Assembly (NCBI GenBank): GCA_964487565.1
Contig: CAZARN010000006.1
Span: 43,345-107,344 of the forward strand
Origin: an uncultured Clostridium sp.
GTDB lineage: Bacteria > Bacillota > Clostridia > Christensenellales > CAG-138
Direction of reading: 5' to 3'
Length of the DNA: 64,000 bases
Both the position numbers and the translations under genes were made by a program. The notes beneath the pieces were generated by a model. The model searched no databases. It saw nothing but the letters and a program-made list of their open reading frames with translations, and was not told where the DNA came from. Numbering within the stretch: position 1 is the stretch's first letter; each line of letters opens with the position of its first letter. Below, one piece after another: positions 8,852-17,229 of this stretch.

Positions 8852-10459
8852 ATGGAGAAGAAACAGAGATCGTTTGTGCAGGGCGCAGCAATACTCGGCG
8901 TTGCAGGTCTGCTGGTCAAAATAATCGGCGCCATATTCAGAATACCGTTTGCAAACGCCGTCGGCCCTGAGGGCGCTTGCTATTATGACGCCGCGCAACC
9001 ATATTACGCATTTTTGCTTGTTATATCATCCTCGGGCCTGCCGACGGCGGTCTCAAAACAGGTCAGCGAGTATGTTGCACTTAATGATTATCGCGGCGCA
9101 AAAGAGGTGCTCAACGTTTCCCTCGTGCTGCTGACATGTATCGGCTTCGTAACAGGACTTATGATGTATTTCGGTGCAGGAACATTTGCCGCGATCACAT
9201 CATATGAGGAAACGATCCATTCTTTCCGCGCCCTTGCGCCTGCGCTGTTGTTCGTTAGCGTCATGTGCGCATACCGCGGTTATCTGCAAGGACTTCAGCG
9301 CATGACCGGCACCGCGCTTTCGCAAATCGCGGAACAGGTCGGCAAGCTTGTGATCGGTCTTACGCTTGCGATCAAGCTTCTTCCCAAAGGGCCGGAATAT
9401 GCCGCCATGGGCGCGCTCATAGGCGTCTCGGTATCCGAACTGCTCGGTTTGATAATCGTTTTTCTTTTCTATAATACACGCAAGAAGGCGCTTGACGCAA
9501 AGGTCGCCCGCTGCAACACCGAAAAGATCGGCTTTGGCCGTGTCGCCAAGTCTCTTCTCATCGTCGCGATCCCGATAACCATAGGCGCGTCGATAAGTCC
9601 CCTCACGGGTATGGTCGACAGCGCCCTTATCGGCAGAATGCTCCAGAACATCGGCTATACCGAGGAAATGAGCAAAACAGCCTACTCGCTTCTTCGCACT
9701 TATGTCACAACGCTTACCAACATGCCAGGCGTGCTTACGATGGCCCTCGCCATGAGCCTTGTGCCTGCGATATCATCCCGCGTCGCACAGAAGAATATCG
9801 AAGGCGTGCGCAGCGCTTCCAGAATGGGACTCAAGCTTGCGCTCATAATCGGTATCCCGTGTGCGGTCGGGCTTTTCGTGCTTGCCAGACCTATCATTCA
9901 CATGCTGTATCCGAAACTTTCCGACGCGGAACTTACGCTTGCCGCCGATCTTATGCGCACGGCAAGCATAGGAGTGATTTTCCTCTCCATGGTTCAGTCC
10001 ATGACGGGCGTTATTCAAGGCCTCGGCAAGCAAATGGTGCCCGTGTTCAATCTTTTCATCGGGTTTGTTCTCAAAGTTGTCTCGCTCCTTATACTGATGC
10101 GCATTCCTTCTGTTAACATACAGGGCGCAGCGGTTTCGACAGTCATATGTTATGCGTATGCCGGGGTTGCGGATACGATTTACATGATACGGCGCACAAA
10201 ATTGCCGGTCAATATGTTCGACATTTTCCTCAAGCCCATTCTCGCTTCGCTTGCAATGGGCGTCGTCGTATATCTCATTTACGATTCTGTTCTTGCCGCC
10301 GGTCACGCCACGCTGGCAACGCTTTTATCCGTTGCCGTGGGCGTTGCAGTTTACGCGGTGCTTGTCGTTGTTCTTCGCATGTTCTCCTCAGATGAACTCA
10401 GCTTCATTCCCGGCGGCGGCAGGCTGAAGGCAATTATATACAAGAACGGGAGAAAATAA
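8852..10459 (+). CDS. MOP-superfamily flippase (SpoVB / YabM-like polysaccharide biosynthesis protein)
   Basis: 535 aa polytopic protein. It sits directly upstream of the MazG/YabN homologue, as in the B. subtilis yabM-yabN arrangement. Confidence 0.7.
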   Translation: MEKKQRSFVQGAAILGVAGLLVKIIGAIFRIPFANAVGPEGACYYDAAQPYYAFLLVISSSGLPTAVSKQVSEYVALNDYRGAKEVLNVSLVLLTCIGFVTGLMMYFGAGTFAAITSYEETIHSFRALAPALLFVSVMCAYRGYLQGLQRMTGTALSQIAEQVGKLVIGLTLAIKLLPKGPEYAAMGALIGVSVSELLGLIIVFLFYNTRKKALDAKVARCNTEKIGFGRVAKSLLIVAIPITIGASISPLTGMVDSALIGRMLQNIGYTEEMSKTAYSLLRTYVTTLTNMPGVLTMALAMSLVPAISSRVAQKNIEGVRSASRMGLKLALIIGIPCAVGLFVLARPIIHMLYPKLSDAELTLAADLMRTASIGVIFLSMVQSMTGVIQGLGKQMVPVFNLFIGFVLKVVSLLILMRIPSVNIQGAAVSTVICYAYAGVADTIYMIRRTKLPVNMFDIFLKPILASLAMGVVVYLIYDSVLAAGHATLATLLSVAVGVAVYAVLVVVLRMFSSDELSFIPGGGRLKAIIYKNGRK

Positions 10460-10461
10460 AA

Positions 10462-11910
10462 ATGACGCTGACTGTTGTTCCCCTTTCAACCCCAAACAGC
10501 ATTACCGCGCTTTCGCAGGCGACGCTTCTCAACACGGACAGGCTTGTCTTGCAAACCGCGCAGCATCCAAGCGCCGCATGGATAGTTTCCTCTGGCATTC
10601 CCTATATGAGCATGGACGCGCTGTATGAATCTTCCTGCGATTTTGACGAGCTTAACGCTGCAATTGCGGACAAGCTCACAGCCCTTGCATTAAATTTTGA
10701 TGTCGTTTACGCCGTTCCGGGTCGCGGTCCGGGTTCCGCCCTCAAGCGTACGTTGATACACAGCGCCCGTGAACGTGGCGTCGCGCTTCGTTTTCTCCCC
10801 GGCTCAGGTTATGCCGAAGCGGCCATTGCAGCTTCCGGTGACGTCGTATCGTCAGGCGATATTCGCATCGTTGAAGCTTCCGCCCTACCCTGCCGCATTG
10901 ATCCGTATGTGCCGCTGTGCGTTGAAGAAATCGATACCGTTATCCGCGCATCTGAAGTTAAACTTGCCCTGTCCGAGTATTATCCCGATGATTATGGCGT
11001 TTTTTATGCAAAAATGGATCAACAGGGCGCATACTCCGTGTCAGCGATAGCCCTTTTTGAACTTGACCGGCAAAAATCATATTTTGCATCCGATGTACTT
11101 ATCGTGCCTGCCGCTAAATTTGAGCAGCTTACACGTCACGGTCTTGAAGGGCTTACCGGCGTGCTCGAGCGCCTTCGCGCGCCCGGAGGCTGTCCGTGGG
11201 ACGCCGAACAGACGCATGAAAGCCTGCGCAAGGACCTTATAGAAGAAACATATGAGGTGCTCGACGCAATCGACCGCGCCGACAACGAGGCGCTTTGTGA
11301 AGAACTTGGAGATCTTCTGCTTCAAGTGGTCTTCCACGCCTGCATTGAAGCCGAGCTTCGCAACTTCACCATGCGCGACGTCACAACAGGCATAGTCAAC
11401 AAACTCGTTTACCGTCATCCGCATGTCTTCGGTGACGTGAACGTAAAAAGCTCCGAGGAAGTTTTGGTGAACTGGGACAAGTTGAAAAAGAAAGAAAAGC
11501 ATCAGGACACCGTAACGGACGCAATGCAAAGTATCCCGCGCGGATTTCCAGCGCTTATGCGAGCACAGAAGCTGCAAAAGAAAGCTGCCTCCGTCGGGTT
11601 CGACTGGCCCGATTTGACAGGTGCGCTCAGCAAGCTCTCAGAGGAGGCCGGCGAGCTAAATGAAGCCGTGATAAACAAAGAGGGTGAAGCGCGAATTTCA
11701 GAAGAAGCCGGCGATCTGCTTTTTTCAGCCGTAAACGCCGTTCGTCTTGCAGGCTGTAACAGCGAGCTTGCGCTTGGTGCAGCAAACGATAAATTTCTTG
11801 ATCGTTTTTCAAAAGTTGAACGATCTGTGATAGACGACGGTCTTGATATATCATCCGTTGGAGCCGATTCTCTCAACGAGCGCTGGGACAAGGCAAAAAA
11901 AGGCTTGTAA
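10462..11910 (+). CDS. mazG: MazG nucleoside triphosphate pyrophosphohydrolase with N-terminal methylase-like domain (YabN-like)
   Basis: 482 aa with tandem MazG motifs, EETYEVLDAI and EEAGELNEAV. N-terminal half of about 220 aa as in YabN. Confidence 0.85.
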   Translation: MTLTVVPLSTPNSITALSQATLLNTDRLVLQTAQHPSAAWIVSSGIPYMSMDALYESSCDFDELNAAIADKLTALALNFDVVYAVPGRGPGSALKRTLIHSARERGVALRFLPGSGYAEAAIAASGDVVSSGDIRIVEASALPCRIDPYVPLCVEEIDTVIRASEVKLALSEYYPDDYGVFYAKMDQQGAYSVSAIALFELDRQKSYFASDVLIVPAAKFEQLTRHGLEGLTGVLERLRAPGGCPWDAEQTHESLRKDLIEETYEVLDAIDRADNEALCEELGDLLLQVVFHACIEAELRNFTMRDVTTGIVNKLVYRHPHVFGDVNVKSSEEVLVNWDKLKKKEKHQDTVTDAMQSIPRGFPALMRAQKLQKKAASVGFDWPDLTGALSKLSEEAGELNEAVINKEGEARISEEAGDLLFSAVNAVRLAGCNSELALGAANDKFLDRFSKVERSVIDDGLDISSVGADSLNERWDKAKKGL

Positions 11911-11945
11911 CCTGAATTTTTTAGTACAAAGTATATAAATTAGGC

Positions 11946-11974
11946 TTGTACAATGGGATAAAAGCTGATACAAT
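11946..11974 (+). promoter_or_regulatory. sigma-A-type promoter of hup
   Basis: TTGTAC -17 nt- TACAAT with an extended -10 TG (cTGaTACAAT), about 40 nt upstream of the hup ATG. Confidence 0.55.
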
Positions 11975-12017
11975 AATGCGCGGATATAATCCACGTAAAT
12001 TTTAGGAGGTTATAGAA

Positions 12018-12290
12018 ATGAACAAAACCGAACTCATCGCCGCCGTAGCCGAGAAGAGCGGACTTACCAGGAAGGATGCCGAAAAGGCAGTCACCGCTGC
12101 CCTTACCACCATCACCGATAGCCTCAAGCAGGGCGATAAGGTCCAGCTTGTTGGTTTCGGCGTGTTCGAGACCCGCGTCCGTCCCGCTCATAAGGGCCAC
12201 AACCCCATGACCGGCGCAGAGATCGAAATCGCTGAGAGCAAGGCCGCCGCGTTCAAAGCCGGCAAGGCCCTCAAGGAAGCGCTCAACTGA
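12018..12290 (+). CDS. hup: HU family DNA-binding protein
   Basis: 90 aa. [25 protein letters not shown]...[21 protein letters not shown] is a canonical HU sequence. AGGAGG RBS. Confidence 0.95.
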   Translation: MNKTELIAAVAEKSGLTRKDAEKAVTAALTTITDSLKQGDKVQLVGFGVFETRVRPAHKGHNPMTGAEIEIAESKAAAFKAGKALKEALN

Positions 12291-12309
12291 GTATTATCCC
12301 CCAAAAAAC

Positions 12310-12339
12310 AAAGGCGGTCTGCAAAATCAGGCCGCCTTT
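12310..12339. terminator. bidirectional terminator between hup and pgsA
   Basis: Stem AAAGGCGG / CCGCCTTT extended by 3 more pairs, with A/T runs on both flanks. Confidence 0.75.
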
Positions 12340-12387
12340 AATTTCGTTAATAATTATCGTTCTGGAATCATCATCACACAATCCCTG

Positions 12388-12939
12388 TCACGCCCTGTTT
12401 CCTGCGTTATCTTTTCGTTCGTGAGAAATGAAAACCTGGGCCCTTGCATAATGCACAAGCGCGATAGCGGCAAGTGCTATCGATATCGCGAAAACGATCA
12501 GGTTCCCGACGCCTATCCAGGGCAGGAACTCTTTTGCAAGCGTAAGCGCGACGCCCAAATTGAAGCCTCCCGCGGCAAGCTTGCCAAACCAATCCGCATA
12601 AACGACGATATCTTTTTTGAACAGTATAAATCCGCCGATGATCATCATGAGCTCCTTTGCTACAACGGCAATGAGCATCCATAGCGGCAGCCATCCTTTT
12701 AAATAGAAGCATGTGAGCGCTGTTAAAACCATCAGCTTATCCGCAAGCGGATCAAGCACCTTTCCGACGTCTGTGATCCAATTGTTTTTTCTTGCAAGAT
12801 ATCCGTCGAGAAGATCGGTTATGAACGCGGCCGTAAAAACAATAAGGCAATGCAGGTATTCGGTTTTCGCAAAAAGAAAAGCAAAAACACCCACCAGTAA
12901 AAGTCGTATTGATGATAAAATATTGGGTATATGCCTCAT
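12388..12939 (-). CDS. pgsA: CDP-diacylglycerol--glycerol-3-phosphate 3-phosphatidyltransferase
   Basis: CDP-alcohol phosphatidyltransferase motif DLLDGYLARKNNWITDVGKVLDPLADKL. Start placed at the ATG after the GGAGG RBS (MRHIPN). The exact start is uncertain by a few codons. Confidence 0.85.
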   Translation of the reverse strand: MRHIPNILSSIRLLLVGVFAFLFAKTEYLHCLIVFTAAFITDLLDGYLARKNNWITDVGKVLDPLADKLMVLTALTCFYLKGWLPLWMLIAVVAKELMMIIGGFILFKKDIVVYADWFGKLAAGGFNLGVALTLAKEFLPWIGVGNLIVFAISIALAAIALVHYARAQVFISHERKDNAGNRA

Positions 12940-13058
12940 CATTGCCTCCATCAACATAATTATAGTTATTATATCTCAACGCAGTGAATACTACCAGCAA
13001 TATTTGTCGATTTATTCAAGCGGCAATATACACAATATACATTCCCCCCGCTTTTTGA

Positions 13059-13087
13059 TTGACATGTACAAGTCAAGGATATAAAAT
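13059..13087 (+). promoter_or_regulatory. sigma-A-type promoter of the PrsA-like gene, with a palindrome over the -35
   Basis: TTGACA -17 nt- TAAAAT. The -35 lies inside the 18-bp near-palindrome TTGACATGTACAAGTCAA (13059-13076). Confidence 0.55.
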
Positions 13088-13144
13088 AGAAAAGCGAGTT
13101 TATTTATTGGGCAGCTATGCCCTTGATAAAGGAGAACAAAGGAA

Positions 13145-14329
13145 ATGTTTAAGAAACACACGCTTCGTGCGCTTGCGCTCATACTTGTGACGGTGATGGC
13201 CGTTGCGGCAATCGCCGGATGCAGCGCCTCCAACCCGAACCCGACAGTGCTCAAAATTGGCGATATAAACATCGGTATGTCCCGGTATTACAGCATTTTC
13301 AGTTCTTATAAGAACATGTATGAGTCATACGGTTTTTATGATGTCTCCACAACGGAAAAGCTCCGTGAGTTTCAGGACATGATCTATGGCGTTCTGATTG
13401 ATGGTTATCTTCCGCTTTACTGGGCCAACAAAGCCGGGGTCACTTTGACCGATGATGAAGAAGCGCAGGCGGAAGCTTCAATGTCGGATGAGCTCGAAAG
13501 CAATTTGAAAAGCTATGCCGATGATGTTAGTTCATCCATAACAGACGAGAACGCGATCCGCGAGGAAGAAGTAAAGCTTTTCAAGAAAGCCCTGAAAAAA
13601 TCGGGATGGACCTACAACGGCTATCTCGATATGATGCTGCAGAACTATCGCGAACAGCTTATAATGAAAAAGTTCATGCAGAGCATCTATGACGAAGAAG
13701 TGAGCGTGAGCGAGGATGACGTGCTCAAGCATTACAATGAACTCATCACCGAACAGACCGCCGAGTATTCCGAAACCCCGTCTTCCTATTATGACGATTA
13801 TATGAAATACGTCAACGGAACGACCACCGTCCAGCCTATAGTCGCACCGGCAGGATATCGTTTCTGCAAGCACATCCTCATCAAATTTGCTGCCGAGGGC
13901 GAAACCAAGGATGTTGACGCTATCGTTGCCGAAGTCCAGGCCAAGCTTGACGCCGGCGAAGATTTTGACGCTCTTGTTGCCGAATACGGCGAGGACACGG
14001 GTATGCAGAGCGAACCGTATATCACCACCGGTTATCTTGTGAGCAACGATATACTCGATAAGTATTACGATGGATTCGGCGCTGCTGCAATGGCGCTTGA
14101 AAAGATCGGCGATGTCAGCGCGCCGGTTAAGACCACCGCAGGTTATCACTTCATCCAGTATACAAGCGACGTGAGCACTGATCCCATTGCCTACGATACT
14201 ATTTCCGACGCTTTGATGCAACAGATGATCAATGACGCTCAGACTGCATCATATAACGCCCACATGGAAACATGGAAGGCCGATACCGATATAGTCAAGT
14301 ATTACAACAGGGTCAGCAACATTCGCTGA
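13145..14329 (+). CDS. PrsA/SurA-like peptidylprolyl isomerase lipoprotein
   Basis: Signal peptide with lipobox AIAGCS. Parvulin-type segment CKHILIKF ... TTAGYHFIQY. Confidence 0.7.
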   Translation: MFKKHTLRALALILVTVMAVAAIAGCSASNPNPTVLKIGDINIGMSRYYSIFSSYKNMYESYGFYDVSTTEKLREFQDMIYGVLIDGYLPLYWANKAGVTLTDDEEAQAEASMSDELESNLKSYADDVSSSITDENAIREEEVKLFKKALKKSGWTYNGYLDMMLQNYREQLIMKKFMQSIYDEEVSVSEDDVLKHYNELITEQTAEYSETPSSYYDDYMKYVNGTTTVQPIVAPAGYRFCKHILIKFAAEGETKDVDAIVAEVQAKLDAGEDFDALVAEYGEDTGMQSEPYITTGYLVSNDILDKYYDGFGAAAMALEKIGDVSAPVKTTAGYHFIQYTSDVSTDPIAYDTISDALMQQMINDAQTASYNAHMETWKADTDIVKYYNRVSNIR

Positions 14330-14349
14330 TCCGGTCAAAAAACAGTAAT

Positions 14350-14386
14350 GGGGCACACGGTTTTACAGCCGTGTGCCCCTTCTTTG
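14350..14386. terminator. terminator between the PrsA-like gene and the DUF378 gene
   Basis: 11-bp stem GGGGCACACGG / CCGTGTGCCCC followed by TTCTTTG. Confidence 0.8.
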
Positions 14387-14414
14387 CAACCGTTAAGAAC
14401 GCAAATATCGATAC

Positions 14415-14612
14415 TTACTCGCGATGCTTTCCGCCTCTGCCAAAAAGCAGCGCAATTCCCCATATACCGGCGAGACCGACGAGCGTATAAATGATCCTGG
14501 AAACGACGGCTCCGGCGCCGAAAATGGCTGCTACCAGATCCCATTGAAAAATGCCTATCAGACCCCAGTTGAGCGCTCCGATCACCATGAGGATCAATGC
14601 AATCGTGTCCAT
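14415..14612 (-). CDS. DUF378 family small membrane protein
   Basis: 65 aa with two TM segments. IGALNWGLIG is the hallmark of DUF378. Confidence 0.75.
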   Translation of the reverse strand: MDTIALILMVIGALNWGLIGIFQWDLVAAIFGAGAVVSRIIYTLVGLAGIWGIALLFGRGGKHRE

Positions 14613-14659
14613 ACCTGACTCCTTTTAATTTTATACAGACAGATTGCCCATATTGGGGT

Positions 14660-14950
14660 TCAATTATGCCTTTCGGATTCTTTTTTCTTTTCCGGAAATA
14701 GCTCGATCGTAAATTTATGAAACCGTACAGGTTCCATGAAGTCAGCCGGCGAAAACGATGTATGGCGGAATGAATTAAGGTCGTTTTGATGTTTTTTCAA
14801 TATAACCGGACGCGAAAGGTCCATCGCATGACACAACTCACCTATTATTTCTCCCCATTCCTCCGCCGAATGAGGGTTTGCCGATGGAAAGTCCATCACC
14901 CGGTCTTCGATTATTCTGTTTTCATCCCTGATTGCTGCCCAAACTTTCAT
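14660..14950 (-). CDS. hypothetical protein
   Basis: 96-97 aa ORF with a GGAGG RBS 6 nt before the second ATG. I recognise no motif. It sits downstream of the EF-G paralogue. Confidence 0.45.
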   Translation of the reverse strand: MKVWAAIRDENRIIEDRVMDFPSANPHSAEEWGEIIGELCHAMDLSRPVILKKHQNDLNSFRHTSFSPADFMEPVRFHKFTIELFPEKKKESERHN

Positions 14951-14972
14951 CATTAACCTCCACAGTTGACAA

Positions 14973-14996
14973 ACGGGCGGCCGGATGGCCGCCCGT
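14973..14996 (-). terminator. hairpin after the EF-G paralogue
   Basis: 10-bp GC stem ACGGGCGGCC / GGCCGCCCGT with a 4-nt loop, followed by TTTGTC on the minus strand, then the GGAGG RBS of the next ORF. Confidence 0.6.
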
Positions 14997-15012
14997 AATC
15001 TGTCGGTATTGC

Positions 15013-17085
15013 TTATTCTTCTTCTTCTTCTTCCTTCTTGGCAGACTCGATGATCTTCTTTGCTTCGAGTGCCGGCACATCCTCATAGCGGACGAACTCG
15101 CTTGTGAACGAACCGCGCGCCTGGGTCATTGAGCGCAGATCCGTCGCATATTTGAACATCTCGGAAAGCGGCGCTTCCGCAACAACAATCGTGCCGTCCT
15201 CAACGGGATTCATGCCGAGCATCCTGCCACGGCGACGGTTAAGATCGCCAATGACGTCACCGACGTAATCGCTGGGCACATGGATCTCATACTTATAAAT
15301 CGGCTCGATAAGGGCCGGCTGTGCGTGGGCGCAGGCTTCCTTATATGCAAGCCTGGCAGCGCTCTTGAACGCGACTTCCTTTGAATCGACCGGATGGTAC
15401 TTGCCAAAGAAGAGCGTCGCCTTCACGCCTGTCATCGGATAGCCCGCAAGCACGCCGTGACGCATGGCTTCGCGCGTGCCTTTTTCGACTGCGGGAATGT
15501 ATTCCTTGGGAACAACGCCGCCGACGATCGCGTTAACGAACTCAAAATCTTCACCGCTGTCAAGGGGCTCAAAGCGCATGTTGACAACGCCGAACTGACC
15601 GCTGCCGCCCGTCTGCTTCTTATGCTTGCCTTCGGCTTCTGCCGTGCCGCGGATCGTCTCACGATACGGTATGCGGGGATCTGCAAGCTGTGCTTCAACG
15701 CCCGACTTGTTCTTGAGCTTGCTGCAAACGACGTCAAGGTGAACTTCGCCAAGACCCGCAAGCAGAACGTCGCCCGTTTCTGCGTTCTTCTCAATTGTGA
15801 CGGTGGGGTCTTCATCAAGCAGCTTGTTGAGTCCTGCGAAAACCTTGTCTTCCTCGCCCTGCTTCTTTGCGGAAACCGCAAGCGCTATGCTGGCCTTGGG
15901 GAAGTTTATCGGGGCAAACTTTATGGGATTTGCGGGATCGCAAAGCGTATCGCCAGTACCCGTGTACTGGAGCTTGGAAAGCGCTCCGATATCGCCGGCG
16001 ATGAGCTTATCAACGTTTATGTTCTTCTTTCCGCGAAGCGTATACACAGTACCGGGCTTCTCGCTCTTCTCAGAATTGGAATTATAAATGGGCGTCGTGG
16101 CATCGATCGAGCCGGAATATACCTTTATTATGGAGTATTTGCCAAACTGATCGATCGTGGTCTTCATGACCTGCGCGGCAAACTTGCCGTTCTGTTCAAC
16201 GGTAACATTCTCGCCCGTCTTCACGCTCACGGCCTTGGGAGCCTTGCATTCGCTCGCCGCGGGCATATAGTGAACAATGTTGTCAAGCAGGGTGGCCACA
16301 CCGATATTCGGCATTGCAGCGCAGCAGCAGACGGGCGTTACTATGCCTTCCTTTACGCCCTTGCCGAGGCCCTTGAGCATTTCTTCACGGGAAAGTTCGC
16401 CTTCCTCAAAGAATTTCTCCATCAGCTCTTCATCCGACTCAGCCGCAGCCTCTGTGAGCGCTTCATAGTATTTCTTGGCTTCCGCTTCAAGATTGCCGGG
16501 AATGGGTATCTCTTTCTCGCCCTTGCCGTCAAATTTTCTGGCGGTCATGCTGGTAAGATCAACATAGCCGACGAACGCGCCGCCTTCCATTATCGGAAAC
16601 TGTATCGGCACGACCGACGGGCCGAATTTCGCGTTAACGTTCTCCATCACCTTGACGAAGTTAGCGTTTTCACGATCCATCTGGTTGATGACCATCATAC
16701 GGGCTTTGCCCGCTTTCTTGCACATATCCATGGCTTTTTCCGTGCCGACGGCAACGCCTGAAACTGCGCCGACAACGATAAGCGCCGAATCCGCAAGCAT
16801 CATCGCGGACTCGACCTCGCCATAAAAATCGAAGAAACCGGGAGCGTCAATAACATTGATTTTTATATCTTTCCACTCGAGGGGCGCAAGAGCGGCGTTG
16901 ATCGAGATGGAACGCTTTATTTCCTCAGGATCAAAGTCTGTGGTCGTCGTGCCGTTGTCAACGCGGCCGAGACGCTCGAGAAGCCCGGCGTTAAAAAGCA
17001 TTGCTTCGGTGAGCGTGGTCTTGCCTTCGCTGCCATGACCGAAAACGCCGATATTGCGTATGTTTGCTGCGGTGTAATCTTTCAT
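15013..17085 (-). CDS. elongation factor G paralogue (non-canonical G domain)
   Basis: 690 aa with five-domain EF-G architecture. Motifs: P-loop GHGSEGKTT, DAPGFFDF, NQMD, domain IV tip YHPVDS. Not in a str-operon context. Confidence 0.85.
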   Translation of the reverse strand: MKDYTAANIRNIGVFGHGSEGKTTLTEAMLFNAGLLERLGRVDNGTTTTDFDPEEIKRSISINAALAPLEWKDIKINVIDAPGFFDFYGEVESAMMLADSALIVVGAVSGVAVGTEKAMDMCKKAGKARMMVINQMDRENANFVKVMENVNAKFGPSVVPIQFPIMEGGAFVGYVDLTSMTARKFDGKGEKEIPIPGNLEAEAKKYYEALTEAAAESDEELMEKFFEEGELSREEMLKGLGKGVKEGIVTPVCCCAAMPNIGVATLLDNIVHYMPAASECKAPKAVSVKTGENVTVEQNGKFAAQVMKTTIDQFGKYSIIKVYSGSIDATTPIYNSNSEKSEKPGTVYTLRGKKNINVDKLIAGDIGALSKLQYTGTGDTLCDPANPIKFAPINFPKASIALAVSAKKQGEEDKVFAGLNKLLDEDPTVTIEKNAETGDVLLAGLGEVHLDVVCSKLKNKSGVEAQLADPRIPYRETIRGTAEAEGKHKKQTGGSGQFGVVNMRFEPLDSGEDFEFVNAIVGGVVPKEYIPAVEKGTREAMRHGVLAGYPMTGVKATLFFGKYHPVDSKEVAFKSAARLAYKEACAHAQPALIEPIYKYEIHVPSDYVGDVIGDLNRRRGRMLGMNPVEDGTIVVAEAPLSEMFKYATDLRSMTQARGSFTSEFVRYEDVPALEAKKIIESAKKEEEEEE
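15016..15033 (-). repeat. perfect (GAA)6 trinucleotide run
   Basis: + strand (TTC)6 directly before the stop codon of the EF-G paralogue. It encodes the terminal EEEEEE. Confidence 0.95.
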
Positions 17086-17174
17086 CGTGTTGTCCTTCCC
17101 CTTTTATGGTGTTATATTATTATGGTTTTTAATATAGCGCAACCGAACCAAAGCGCCTATGCGCTAACTATAAT

Positions 17175-17203
17175 ATTGTAGCAGTCGTGCTGCTTCTTGT
17201 AAA
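17175..17203 (-). promoter_or_regulatory. sigma-A-type promoter of the EF-G paralogue
   Basis: Minus strand TTTACA -17 nt- TACAAT, about 90 nt upstream of the ATG at 17085. Confidence 0.5.
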
Positions 17204-17229
17204 CTGTTTTTATCGTGTTCAGCCCAATT

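Noticed and set aside
15394-16761. 455-aa ORF antisense to the EF-G paralogue
   Set aside because: It lies wholly inside a strongly supported gene. Its composition is Ala/Arg/Leu/Gly-rich shadow sequence, it has no RBS and no recognisable domain. A long antisense frame is expected from the codon bias of the sense gene.
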